Shown one piece after another: positions 29,901 through 39,147 of a stretch of 56,366 nucleotides of DNA (its first letter is position 1; each line of letters opens with the position of its first letter). Made by a program: the position numbers and the translations under genes. The notes beneath the pieces are model-generated. The model was not told where the DNA came from. It did not search any database and was given only the letters and a program-made list of their open reading frames with translations. Location: IMG/VR virus record IMGVR_UViG_3300028920_000081, positions 1 through 56,366 of that record; one strand, written 5' to 3'. Source of the stretch: a virus (Duplodnaviria > Caudoviricetes).

Positions 29901-32900
29901 TATTGGGTTTATTCTAATACTACTACATATGAACTTTCAGATGTAACGGAAAATAATACAATTAATTGGACAGATCTTTCTAATGGAGAATATTTTTATA
30001 ATGTTACAATCTGTGATAGTTTTGATTTATGTAATTCAACAGAGACAAGATACATAACTTTAGATACAACTGAGCCAATGATTTATTTAGAAACAGAAAA
30101 CAATACAATAGAATATATGAATAGAACCCCCACTTTTTCTTTTAATGTAAGTGATAACCTAAATGATACTTTAGAATGTTTACTTTATTTAAATAATGGT
30201 TCAGATATTGCTGCAGGAATTAATAGTTCTGTTCTAAATGCCACAAGCACATCAATTACTTCAAACACAACTTTAGCAAATGGAAATTATACTTGGTGGG
30301 TTAATTGTTCAGATGGATTACAAGAAAATAAATCAGTAGATTATAGAATAAATATTTCAGTAGTTCCTCCTAGTGTAACTTTAAACTCTCCTGAAAATGC
30401 TTATAATTCATCAAGTTCAAGTATAACTTTTAATTGCTCTGCTACATCACTTAGTGGAAATTTAACTAATATGTCTTTAATTTTAAATGGAGTTTATAAT
30501 GAAAGTATTGATTTAGAAGAAGGTATTTGTTATCAAGAAAGTGTTAATGTTTCAGATCAAACAGGAATTGATGGAAATTGTGGATTGAATTATTCTGGTA
30601 ATTGGTCATCAACTGCTACTGGAACTATTCCTGTAAGTGCAGTTTTTGATGGTTTATGGGTTAGTAGTTATAATCGTGCTCCATTTACAGATTATTATCA
30701 TTATATTAATTATTCTATTCCTTCTTCAAGTTTTGGGGCTATTTGGAAAAGTTCAATGCGAGTTTATCCATATAACCAACCAATATCTAATGAAACTATA
30801 GATGTAAATTGTCTTAGTGGGGATTTTCTTCAAATAAGAATTTCTCAATTAGGAAATTCTACATTATATGGACAGTGTTATAATGGAACTGATTGGATTG
30901 GAGCTTATAATTCAATGTCTTCAAGTCAATTAGGAAATACTAATATTGATGAAGAAGCAGTTTATTGGAATGTTTCCTTTGGGAGTAATTATACATTAAC
31001 TGCCACAAAGACTTTAAGTGATGGATTAAATCAAAATTGGACTTGCGAAGCATGTAGTGCTATTGGTTGCACAAAGGGAACATCAAGGAATATTTCTGTT
31101 GATACTCTTTACCCTGGAATTAATTTTGATGACCCTACCCCCGACAATAATAGTGCTTATGGTGCAAGTTATTTAGATATTGCTGTTAGAATTAATGAAT
31201 CTAATACGAACAATGTAACTTATAGGATTTATAATGATACTGGAGTAATTTGGAATGAAACTACTTATTTACAAGATTCTAAATTAGATAATGTAACAAT
31301 TAATTGGACTCCTCTTGCAGAAGATACTTACCTATATAATGTAACTGCTTGTGATGATTTTGATCAATGTAATTCTACTGGAACTAGATATGTTGTAATT
31401 GATAATACTTATCCTCTTATTGATTATGAAGATAATTCAGATCCTATAAATGAATCTGGAGATTTTGATGTTAAGGATTGGGTTTTTGTTAATGTAAGTG
31501 TAACAGAAACTAATGAGAAAAATATAACTTTTACTCTTTGGGATGTAAGTGGAATAGAAAATCAAACAACCTATACTACTGCTGTTAGAGATATTAACTG
31601 GACTGATTTGCCAGAATCTATGTGGTTTTGGAATGTAACTGTATGTGATGACGCTTCTCTTTGCAATACAACTTCTACCAGACACTATGGTGTTGAATTA
31701 GTTAATTTATCTTTTGAAGGAACTTATGATAATGTTACTGCAGAATTAGGAGGTAATGTTTCTATTTCTGCTATAAATACAAATAATACAGTTTGTATTG
31801 ATATAGACCACCCAGATTATGGTTTAAATTATTCTTGTGCGTCTCAAAATAATACAATAAATTTAGATATTGATTATTTTAGAAAAACAACCTTTGCTAA
31901 TGGAAATGAATATCAAAATAGAACTTTTTCAGGAGATAATATTTCTATAAATATTACTGGACATGAATACGATGAAATAGATAATTTAACTGTTAATATA
32001 TCCAGTGATGATAGTCTTAAAGATATTATATTTTACAATACAAATTCTTCTTCAATAGATAGAATATTTTATGGATATTTGATTGGAAGTAATATTTATC
32101 AAAATGTAACTTATGAAGATGAAAGCTCTAAGAATTTTACTTATGTTGGAGAGGAAAGCAAAGAAACTTATCTTGAGATGGATGGAAGCTCTACTTTAAT
32201 TAATTTATCTTTTAATGTTACTGGATTTGAATATGGATTTAGTACAGTAGATTGGTTAAATAATTCCTTTGAAAATATAGATAGAGATACTCCAAAAACT
32301 ACAGCACATTTATCTGGAGGATTTATTACTGCTCAAGGAACAGACCCAGTAAGTATGACTTATGATGATTTTGACGATGATTCAATAAGTGATATTTTGT
32401 GGAGTTTTGGTTTAGCTAATGGAGCAGGGAATACAGACCCTGGAGACCCAGACGAAGGATATGATTATACTATTGCTAACTTTGAAGGAGGAGATGAGAT
32501 TTCTCTTTATGTTACTGGATTTGATGAGGATTGGTCAGGAGATGAAAGAGGAACAGATACTCTATCTAATACAATGTGGAGTAATATAAGCCATATGAAT
32601 ATTTGGACTGCTGAAGGAATACTTTTGCAATTTGATTATTCTTTTACAGCTCATGAAGATGAAGAATATGGAGATTGTATCTTCTATAACCAAGTACAAT
32701 TAGGAGATAAAACAGCTTGGCAAAGTCAAAGAGATAGATGTAAAGATAGAGGGGAATTAACTTATGATTGTGATGATCATTCCTTAACTTTAGAGCCAAT
32801 TATTTTAAATATAACTAAGAATTTAAACAATAGTTGGAATGTTTCTATCTCTGGTGTTGAACTAACTTATGGAGATTATGTGGATAGAGATGATAGTGAT

Positions 32901-34325
32901 TGTGGAACAAGATACATAGTTTATAATTATTCTAATGGTTCTAAACATACTTATTTTACAGGGTATGATGATTCTGGTGGTGATGCTTGTGAGGAAACTT
33001 TAGATTCTTACGAAACTCTTTCAAATACTACCATGATTTCTGATTTAGATTGGAACATATCAGACCAATTATATTTCAAACAATTTATGCAGGGAAGCTG
33101 GGATAATGAAGATGGAACTGGATGTGAATATTATTCTAATCCTTGGTGGAATATATCTTATGTTAATCAAACACTACTTAATAGAAGTAATGGAACTGTT
33201 TATTCTTATAGTATGTATAGTTCAGAGCAAATTCCAAAAGCAACTTTAAATGTAAGCAACTATACTAATTCTACTCTAACTGGAGATAATATAACTCTCT
33301 ATATGTCTGCAGATAATGTTAATTATGAATCAGTTATAGAAGCAACAGAGCATACATTTACTAATTCTGGAGGAGAATTAACTTATAAAATTGAGTTTAA
33401 CATTACAAATACAGGATATGTTAATAGCACCCCTATGATTTATAATATAAATATTTCTACTCCTCAAGATAATGCGAGTAATGTAGATTTTGATTTTGGT
33501 GATGATGGAAATGTTGATTATACAATCTCTGGAGATTTAACAAATACACAAACAATAAATATCTCTAGTGCAACATTATCTTCTGTTTTTTCTGGAATAG
33601 CAGATTATGGAGATTATGGTTATTATGTTCCTTTAATCATTTCTTCTGATACTCCAGGAATAATACAAATAAGTGCAATTAATTTAACATATAATCCTAA
33701 TCCTGTCTCATTAAATGTTACAAAAATATATGATTTTATGAATACCTATGGAGCAAATGAAACTAATTTCACTATTAATCTTTCATCAAATTCTACTGGA
33801 ACTATTAACTTAACTGATTTAAGATATGATTATGCAGGAGGAAATGATACAATAGTTATTAGTGCCTCTAATGATGACGATTCTCAAATTGTTACTAGAA
33901 ATATAACCTATTATTATTCTAAATGGGATTATAATTTTGTTCCTTCTGGAATAAACTTTTTAGAATTTTCTCCTAGAAAACCAACTTCAGATAATGTTAC
34001 TCCTTATGGACAAAGTTCAAGCACACCTATATTAAATATAACAAATTATGGTTATGGGGGAAGGGTGGCAGATTTATCTGTTTATGTAAATGATTCTCTT
34101 GAATGTGTTAATTTAACAATAAGTACAGATAATAATAAATCTAATGGAGTAATGGTTAATGAATCTTGGAATAATTTAAGCCAGGATTTAGATTATTTAG
34201 ATTCTGTTGATATTTGGATGTGGGCTGACTTTGAATGTGATTATTCTACTTGGAATTATTTTAATCCATATATTTATTTTAGACAATGTGCTAATAATTC
34301 CCTTTGTTCCGAGGAGGTTTTATAA
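26907..34325 (+). CDS. Giant 2472-aa membrane-anchored/secreted adhesin: DUF2341, LamG, Cys-containing Ig-like repeats, two CYQE modules
   Basis: N-terminal TM (LVGGLLLLVILTASVYLVF); SWWNSSF...DFADLRF...YWIE...IYMYYGN (DUF2341); LamG; repeated PxITLxxP...YxWxxxxCD; very many N-x-S/T sequons. Confidence 0.85.
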   Translation: MVTKKLVGGLLLLVILTASVYLVFDNKYKILVENTRTQYFVNENSSWVLAATEYVNLFDGTTKMRASSRDINYSFDNYYTTIVRTSEWKDNITTIQTYVFENNATDIEEVPIKNTLECINCVGKIVHYEIRDILYEGETEVISSPFEFGHNMKISWQDGAYYSKVFQQKVASDKIIIRYRPEDNYETYEVRLFDPSWWNSSFLYKKEITINETSGEDLINFSVLMNVSYEENMLNDFADLRFVNSTDDVELGYWIENKSDGAYAWIWVNVNLTASSNNTIYMYYGNNTEVESNSNENKTFWFYYYDDSTHQSSSHHVVEPVTEVNVTLWDEWEYKIAHLTSYKSGTTWSQYAGAGFDYDGTSYRDGDDVLLFGSQSCDAGGIYWEDDPSHSGCRFGNPDGEIASEGTYTHPSTYNASIGDVHELTIFQWIDTSGKTAQIRLTQFILKGYASSDPIVYFGEEEELSGDAPNITLNAPEDTYNSSSQTIVFNCTGTDDQLVQNISLILNSTYNETLVRSYLFTPSNYLEDIYFYYSLNDSTNSIIDYSGNGINGTNSGGQLNSQGYVDDGIYFSGGYSQYINGTSTPLISPKNGSVVFWVNITNRSDENYLFLSSGNLGNLYMRAGLTSSGNLKLNFYDYDSTPSHLEKFEVDFIPNLNEWYQIGYSWGDAGRKIYVNGTLIDSDLSYLGNGGSSDHDPGLYIGSLYMIAPQQKSINGTIDDVILWNRSLSDEEFSLIYKEYNNIKNETTLTLITTKTLDDGAYNWTCEACDNDSQCTNATPRQVNIDTTYPLIEFIAYTEDNNSYVSQDWILANVSMTEINPKNVTYRLWKDITYCYQESVNVSNQTGIDGNCGLNYSGNYSFEDYYFYINYTKPEGVFNAKWLVKHGTLGIYNITILPECFNDLIELRIISNGTDDGANSVFWSRPQCYNTTHWIDIGSLSNGTVTSFSLNYDNNWSKMYDGDWNTYATFITDLGATQIWDNLVTGDAFRSTVYEEGMYWVYSNTTTYELSDVTENNTINWTDLSNGEYFYNVTICDSFDLCNSTETRYITLDTTEPMIYLETENNTIEYMNRTPTFSFNVSDNLNDTLECLLYLNNGSDIAAGINSSVLNATSTSITSNTTLANGNYTWWVNCSDGLQENKSVDYRINISVVPPSVTLNSPENAYNSSSSSITFNCSATSLSGNLTNMSLILNGVYNESIDLEEGICYQESVNVSDQTGIDGNCGLNYSGNWSSTATGTIPVSAVFDGLWVSSYNRAPFTDYYHYINYSIPSSSFGAIWKSSMRVYPYNQPISNETIDVNCLSGDFLQIRISQLGNSTLYGQCYNGTDWIGAYNSMSSSQLGNTNIDEEAVYWNVSFGSNYTLTATKTLSDGLNQNWTCEACSAIGCTKGTSRNISVDTLYPGINFDDPTPDNNSAYGASYLDIAVRINESNTNNVTYRIYNDTGVIWNETTYLQDSKLDNVTINWTPLAEDTYLYNVTACDDFDQCNSTGTRYVVIDNTYPLIDYEDNSDPINESGDFDVKDWVFVNVSVTETNEKNITFTLWDVSGIENQTTYTTAVRDINWTDLPESMWFWNVTVCDDASLCNTTSTRHYGVELVNLSFEGTYDNVTAELGGNVSISAINTNNTVCIDIDHPDYGLNYSCASQNNTINLDIDYFRKTTFANGNEYQNRTFSGDNISINITGHEYDEIDNLTVNISSDDSLKDIIFYNTNSSSIDRIFYGYLIGSNIYQNVTYEDESSKNFTYVGEESKETYLEMDGSSTLINLSFNVTGFEYGFSTVDWLNNSFENIDRDTPKTTAHLSGGFITAQGTDPVSMTYDDFDDDSISDILWSFGLANGAGNTDPGDPDEGYDYTIANFEGGDEISLYVTGFDEDWSGDERGTDTLSNTMWSNISHMNIWTAEGILLQFDYSFTAHEDEEYGDCIFYNQVQLGDKTAWQSQRDRCKDRGELTYDCDDHSLTLEPIILNITKNLNNSWNVSISGVELTYGDYVDRDDSDCGTRYIVYNYSNGSKHTYFTGYDDSGGDACEETLDSYETLSNTTMISDLDWNISDQLYFKQFMQGSWDNEDGTGCEYYSNPWWNISYVNQTLLNRSNGTVYSYSMYSSEQIPKATLNVSNYTNSTLTGDNITLYMSADNVNYESVIEATEHTFTNSGGELTYKIEFNITNTGYVNSTPMIYNINISTPQDNASNVDFDFGDDGNVDYTISGDLTNTQTINISSATLSSVFSGIADYGDYGYYVPLIISSDTPGIIQISAINLTYNPNPVSLNVTKIYDFMNTYGANETNFTINLSSNSTGTINLTDLRYDYAGGNDTIVISASNDDDSQIVTRNITYYYSKWDYNFVPSGINFLEFSPRKPTSDNVTPYGQSSSTPILNITNYGYGGRVADLSVYVNDSLECVNLTISTDNNKSNGVMVNESWNNLSQDLDYLDSVDIWMWADFECDYSTWNYFNPYIYFRQCANNSLCSEEVL
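29408..29484 (+). repeat. 77-bp direct repeat, copy 1 (CYQESVNVSNQTGIDGNCGLNYSGN)
   Basis: 75/77 identical to 30527-30603. Confidence 0.9.
30527..30603 (+). repeat. 77-bp direct repeat, copy 2
   Basis: Differs from copy 1 by one C/T and one A/G. Confidence 0.9.
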
Positions 34326-35857
34326 TGCCAGTTAGAAATATTGGAGCAATAGGCGTTAAGAATAGAGATAGAGATAAACCAATACCAATTCATGTTCCAA
34401 TTCCTCCACTATATGACGCTGTTTATAAAATTGAAGTAATTTCTGATGGAACTACCTATGATATAACTCTTGATTTAATTGAGGGAAAATATACAGATGG
34501 GATTACAGATACTATTGGAGATTTTGAGTTTAAAATACAAAATGGTGGGGAGGATTATACTGATATTTTTAGTGTTTATGATGAAGTTAGAGTGTATCTT
34601 GATTATGGAAGTTCAGCGGATAATCAAAGATTTACAGGATACATAGAAAGAGTTAGCAGATCAAATAATAATATTGTTCTTAGTGGTAAAGGTGGAGCGA
34701 TTAAAGTTATGGGAAAAAAGGTTATCTATTCTGCAACAAGCAAAGCAAGAAGTACTATCCTTGCTGAAATAATCTCTGAAAATTTTTCAGATATATTAAC
34801 TACAAATAATTTAGAATCTGATACCGGAACTGCTACTGTTAGTTATTCCGAAAAACCTTTTTGGGAAATAGTTCAAGAATTATGCAGACAAGGAGGATAT
34901 GATGCTTATATTGATAAGGATTTAGATTTTAATTATTTTGAATCTGGTTCTAGGAAAACAACTACAGAATCTATAGTTCATGATAGAAATTTAATTGAAA
35001 CAGGAGATTTTGCTCCAGATGCAGAAGGAATTTATAATAAAGTTAGAGTTTATGGAAAAGAATATAATGGAATTCCTATAATTGCAACTGCAAAAGATTC
35101 AACATCTATTTCTACTTATGGCCCTAAAGAATTAAAAATTAATGATTCAAATATCACTACTCAATCACAAGCACAAGCAAGAGCTGATTTTGAATTATCC
35201 TCCTCTCAAAATCCTCCAACAGTTGGGACTTTAAAATCCTTATGTCTTCCTACTCTTGCTCCAGGAGAGCAACTTCCAATAAGTGATCCAATGAATGGCT
35301 TAGAACCAGGGTATTATTCAATTCAAAAATTCACTCATACTTTTTCAAATGATGACCCTCTTATGACTGAAGTAACAATCCAACAAGAAAGATCTTCTAT
35401 TCCTACTATTATGAAAAAAAGAATAAAATTTGAATCAGAGATAACAGCTATTACTAATCTTAATGATATGGATTATACAATTCTTTATAATTTTAATTCA
35501 GATATTGGAAGCAATTCAAATACTACTATCACTAAAACAAATCCAGACCCTAATACTGGAGAATTTCAAGATGGTTATTTAGCTATTTCTGAAGGAAGTA
35601 GTGTTGGAACATGGACAAGTGCTACAACTACCTTAGATTCAAATGTTGATTCTGTTGAAATGAGAATTAGTGGGGATAACATAGGCGTTGATAGTATGAG
35701 TGGATGGGTGAGTACTGATGGAGGAACTACTTGGACAGAAGCTACAAGAACTCAAGGTATTTCTGTTCCTAGTGGAAAGAGATTAGCAATCAAATTAGAA
35801 TTATTTGATACAGATACTAAAATAAATACTGTTGCATTATTATATAAATTAGAATAG
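34325..35857 (+). CDS. Baseplate hub / tail-tip protein
   Basis: FTGYIERV, YNKVRVYG, SISTYG...INDSNITTQSQAQARA; start reassigned to ATG 34325. Confidence 0.75.
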   Translation: MPVRNIGAIGVKNRDRDKPIPIHVPIPPLYDAVYKIEVISDGTTYDITLDLIEGKYTDGITDTIGDFEFKIQNGGEDYTDIFSVYDEVRVYLDYGSSADNQRFTGYIERVSRSNNNIVLSGKGGAIKVMGKKVIYSATSKARSTILAEIISENFSDILTTNNLESDTGTATVSYSEKPFWEIVQELCRQGGYDAYIDKDLDFNYFESGSRKTTTESIVHDRNLIETGDFAPDAEGIYNKVRVYGKEYNGIPIIATAKDSTSISTYGPKELKINDSNITTQSQAQARADFELSSSQNPPTVGTLKSLCLPTLAPGEQLPISDPMNGLEPGYYSIQKFTHTFSNDDPLMTEVTIQQERSSIPTIMKKRIKFESEITAITNLNDMDYTILYNFNSDIGSNSNTTITKTNPDPNTGEFQDGYLAISEGSSVGTWTSATTTLDSNVDSVEMRISGDNIGVDSMSGWVSTDGGTTWTEATRTQGISVPSGKRLAIKLELFDTDTKINTVALLYKLE

Positions 35858-35867
35858 GAGGTTAAAA

Positions 35868-36071
35868 ATGGCAAAATCTAAGTATAGCAAGTTAGTTGGA
35901 TTGTGGAAGTCGGTTAAGAATGTCTTAGTTGTATGGGGTATTCCTGCAGCTTTGTTCTTATTAAATAACTGGCTTGATTGGGTTCCAACAAAATATCAAG
36001 CTTCGCTTACTCCTGTAATGGGATGTATTGCTTACTTTGTTAAGAACTGGGTTCAAAACAAGGATAAGTAA
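35868..36071 (+). CDS. Small 2-TM membrane protein (holin-like position)
   Basis: Two hydrophobic helices, basic termini, last gene of the tail operon. Confidence 0.55.
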   Translation: MAKSKYSKLVGLWKSVKNVLVVWGIPAALFLLNNWLDWVPTKYQASLTPVMGCIAYFVKNWVQNKDK

Positions 36072-36073
36072 AA

Positions 36074-36104
36074 TTCTTTATTTTTTATTTTTCTTTTTTT
36101 ATTT
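36074..36104 (+). terminator. Oligo-T terminator ending the tail operon
   Basis: T-rich tract after stop 36071. Confidence 0.6.
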
Positions 36105-36186
36105 AGAAAAGTATTTAAATTACTAATTCTATTTCTAATTGTCTGCATTAGCGGACTTAATTTGGTTAAATAAACTGGAGGTGTAA

Positions 36187-36510
36187 ATGGCAGAAATAGA
36201 TTTTTATATAGATTGGGATAAAGAAGTCTTAGAAAAATTAATCCCTATTGGGCATAAGGAATCTCTTGAAAGAGATGGTGATGAATATAATAATGTCTTA
36301 TTGAGTGATTGTAATCTTGTATCAGATGAATTTTATTTTGATGATGGAGATAATTGTATTAAGTTGAATGGTCAAGTATTGAAAGGTGAATCGAATTTAG
36401 GTTATGTTTCTTTAGATATTCCTTTGCCTTTTGATATGTTAATAGAGATTATTGAAACATATAGAAAAAGATTGGCTAAACTTAAGAACGTTCTCGAATC
36501 TACTAAATAA
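36187..36510 (+). CDS. Acidic hypothetical protein with its own promoter
   Basis: AAAAGTATTTAAAT at 36107-36120, leader hairpin GTCTGC/GCGGAC, GGAGGTG SD. Confidence 0.7.
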   Translation: MAEIDFYIDWDKEVLEKLIPIGHKESLERDGDEYNNVLLSDCNLVSDEFYFDDGDNCIKLNGQVLKGESNLGYVSLDIPLPFDMLIEIIETYRKRLAKLKNVLESTK

Positions 36511-36543
36511 AATAAATAATTTTCTTTTCTTTTTTTAATTTTT

Positions 36544-36831
36544 TTATAGAACTAATATAAAGAATATTGTTAGGGCTGTGCTTGTTATTGTTGCAGGAAT
36601 AATGTCCCTCCAATCTGTTAAAACAGACCAAATTCTATACTCAAATATATAAGATAATTTTGTATGATACAATTTATTATCTCTAACGATAAAATCAGAT
36701 GTTAATAAAAACCATTTTAATTTCTTAAAAGTATCATATTCTGGACTTGAACTAATCCAGCATATATTATCTATACACATATTAAATATTGTGAATAAAT
36801 AACAGCATATCCAAAGTAATATAGGGTTCAT
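36544..36831 (-). CDS. Membrane protein
   Basis: Hydrophobic N- and C-terminal segments. Confidence 0.55.
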   Translation of the reverse strand: MNPILLWICCYLFTIFNMCIDNICWISSSPEYDTFKKLKWFLLTSDFIVRDNKLYHTKLSYIFEYRIWSVLTDWRDIIPATITSTALTIFFILVL

Positions 36832-37196
36832 ATTAACTCCAAATTATCTATATCTTTCTGAGTTTTAATTTTTATAATTGTTACTTCTGAAGGATATTTT
36901 TTTATTTTCTCACTAAGTTCTTTATCTGTTTCTGTTTCCAATATTTCATAACCAGTCCAAATTCCATCTTTAAATGCTAAAATATCAAATCTAATCCCAG
37001 TGTCAAAGATTGGCTCAGTCCATACTTCATATCCAGCTTTTCTTAACTTATACCATACAAGGAATTTTTTATTAATATGATTCCATGTTTCAGACATATA
37101 ACAATAGAAGAATCCTTCTTTATTTCCAGATAATGAATTAAATCTTATTTGGTTTAATATACTTCTTTTTTCCATTTGTTCTTTAACCTTATTCAT
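36828..37196 (-). CDS. PD-(D/E)xK-like nuclease-fold protein
   Basis: H...K...YEVWTE...RFDIL...GYEIL. Confidence 0.6.
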   Translation of the reverse strand: MNKVKEQMEKRSILNQIRFNSLSGNKEGFFYCYMSETWNHINKKFLVWYKLRKAGYEVWTEPIFDTGIRFDILAFKDGIWTGYEILETETDKELSEKIKKYPSEVTIIKIKTQKDIDNLELI

Positions 37197-37510
37197 TCTT
37201 CTTCCTCCTCTTTAATAATATCCTTTTTTACTATCTTAATTATTTTATTAAGGTTTATAGCTACGTGAATATTTTGATTTTTAATCTTATGTGTTTTTGG
37301 GTCTATATGAAGAAATATCTGCTTTCTTGCGTTAAATTCTTTTGAAATTTCTAATAGATGATTATAGAAATTATCCCTATCTATTTCTTTATCAAACAAA
37401 CAATCCCCTCCTGCATATTCTTCCATATGAATATAAACAGAAAAATATTTAGTGTAAACTTTTGGCTTAATTTCTTTTTTAGTAAAGTAGTTTTTTATCT
37501 TTTCTAACAT
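37193..37510 (-). CDS. Hypothetical protein
   Basis: Overlapping operon ORF. Confidence 0.55.
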   Translation of the reverse strand: MLEKIKNYFTKKEIKPKVYTKYFSVYIHMEEYAGGDCLFDKEIDRDNFYNHLLEISKEFNARKQIFLHIDPKTHKIKNQNIHVAINLNKIIKIVKKDIIKEEEEE

Positions 37511-37737
37511 TTTAATTCTCCTTTTTTCTTTAATTGTTCAAATGCTTCTTTTATGTGTTTGCATGTGCTTTTGTTTTTTATATTATTCTCGCTAAATCTA
37601 AATGCACTTCCAAAAGGACAATCACAATTCCAGGATATTAATTCTTTATCACATATTACTATCCTTTGGTTGTAATCCTTACTTCCTTTGATATTAAAAT
37701 AAAAAACAAAACAATTATTTTTAGCTATTTTTTCCAT
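37504..37737 (-). CDS. SWIM Zn-finger protein
   Basis: WNCDCP...TCKHI. Confidence 0.8.
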   Translation of the reverse strand: MEKIAKNNCFVFYFNIKGSKDYNQRIVICDKELISWNCDCPFGSAFRFSENNIKNKSTCKHIKEAFEQLKKKGELKC

Positions 37738-37998
37738 TTACATATATTTCTCAGTTTTAGTTCTTATCTGTTTCTCATATACCTTTATGTTTGAATCCAG
37801 AATCTTTTGATTATTCTGTAATTTTCTTAAAAGGTTTCTTGCTCTTTTCATTGGAAATTCTCTCTTTATTTCTTCTTCAATTTTTCTAATTTCATTTTCT
37901 GTATCAAAAAGTTGCAATTCTAATTCTTCCATAGCTTGTCTTCTCTTTTTAATATCTTCGTCTGTTAGCTTCCTTGATTTTAATTCTGGTTTAGCCAT
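37738..37998 (-). CDS. Coiled-coil hypothetical protein
   Basis: Heptad-like E/K/L pattern. Confidence 0.55.
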   Translation of the reverse strand: MAKPELKSRKLTDEDIKKRRQAMEELELQLFDTENEIRKIEEEIKREFPMKRARNLLRKLQNNQKILDSNIKVYEKQIRTKTEKYM

Positions 37999-38293
37999 TT
38001 TTTACTCCCATAACTATTTCTATTGTAGAAATAGGTATTTTTTTCCCATTCTTATCCAATTCTACTGAGCCAATAAGAACTTTTTTAATTTCCTTGTTGA
38101 TATTATCAAAGCCTTTCTTAACTACTACTTGAGAAACATCTACTGCTCTACCAACCCATTTCCCTCTAGCTTTCATAATCACTTCTTTTTGTCCATTTTT
38201 GAATTGCATATTAACTGCAGTAACGTAATTCATAAAATTTTTCATTCCAACAAGGACAACGTTTCCTAAATCTTTTGGTTCTTTTTTATCCAT
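37991..38293 (-). CDS. alba: Alba DNA/RNA-binding protein
   Basis: NVVLVGMKNFMNYVTAV...EVIMKARGKWVGRAVDV...IGS...ISTIEIVM; start at ATG 38293 behind GGAGG. Confidence 0.9.
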   Translation of the reverse strand: MDKKEPKDLGNVVLVGMKNFMNYVTAVNMQFKNGQKEVIMKARGKWVGRAVDVSQVVVKKGFDNINKEIKKVLIGSVELDKNGKKIPISTIEIVMGVKNG

Positions 38294-38303
38294 TTTTCCT
38301 CCA

Positions 38304-38453
38304 TTATTTATTTGATTTCTTCTTCCACGAAGAAAAGCATACAGCAAGTCTTTGTTTTTTATCAGGGTATTCTTTTTTCATTATTGAATTACTCATACAT
38401 CTTGCTACAAATTCCCCTTCAATTTCTCCTTTACTTGGTTTTGGTATTGGCAT
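38304..38453 (-). CDS. 49-aa conserved phage mini-domain protein (not in ORF track)
   Basis: MPIPKPSKGEIEGEFVARCMSNSIMKKEYPDKKQRLAVCFSSWKKKSNK; GGAGG upstream. Confidence 0.75.
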   Translation of the reverse strand: MPIPKPSKGEIEGEFVARCMSNSIMKKEYPDKKQRLAVCFSSWKKKSNK

Positions 38454-38563
38454 TTTTTTCCTCCAATTTATTTATTTTTATAACTAACTCATTTATTTTC
38501 TTTCTTATAACTTCTAATTTTTCATATAAATTTTGCTGCTTTCCAGAGTGTATAGTTATTTCT

Positions 38564-39142
38564 TTAATCATTATCTGTAGAATATTGTATTGGTTTAAGT
38601 ATTTTCACAAATCCCTTTTCTCTTAGATATTCCAAACTCTTAGATAAATGTGCATTTATCTGAATCGGGTTAATTAAATAATTCTTTTGTTGAACTTGTA
38701 TCTTTTCCTGTTCTTGCTTCAAATAATTTAATTGATTAACCACTTCTCTTGATAGATTGATAAGTAATGGAATATATTCTTTAGCGTATTTTAAATGTAA
38801 TTGAGGCATATCTTCTTGACTTAATTCTTCTCTTAATTTTTCCATCTCGTCCATAAGATTATCTATTACCTTACAGGCTTTGACATATCTTTTATGTATC
38901 ATTTGATAATCTTTATATGATTGATCATCAACTCTTTTATCATTTAATATTGCCTTAGAAGTCTTTCTGAAATATGCTTTTTGAATAGTTGCATAGACAT
39001 AATCTGTTCCAAATTCTTTATTAAATTTTTCAGTAGTCTTTTTCCAGTTTAATTTTTCTTTAGTCCTTAATTCAACTATTCTTCTTTCTTGTTCATCTGT
39101 AAATTCTACCTTTCTAAATCTATTATCTTTTCTTTTATCCAT
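38564..39142 (-). CDS. HTH + coiled-coil protein, candidate terminase small subunit
   Basis: N-terminal HTH (FTDEQERRIVELR...FNKEFG), long helices, C-terminal NPIQIN strand. Confidence 0.45.
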   Translation of the reverse strand: MDKRKDNRFRKVEFTDEQERRIVELRTKEKLNWKKTTEKFNKEFGTDYVYATIQKAYFRKTSKAILNDKRVDDQSYKDYQMIHKRYVKACKVIDNLMDEMEKLREELSQEDMPQLHLKYAKEYIPLLINLSREVVNQLNYLKQEQEKIQVQQKNYLINPIQINAHLSKSLEYLREKGFVKILKPIQYSTDND

Positions 39143-39147
39143 TCTAT

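Noticed and set aside
29408-30603. Diversity-generating retroelement (TR/VR pair)
   Set aside because: Only two mismatches, one not at adenine; both copies are coding; no reverse transcriptase in the genome
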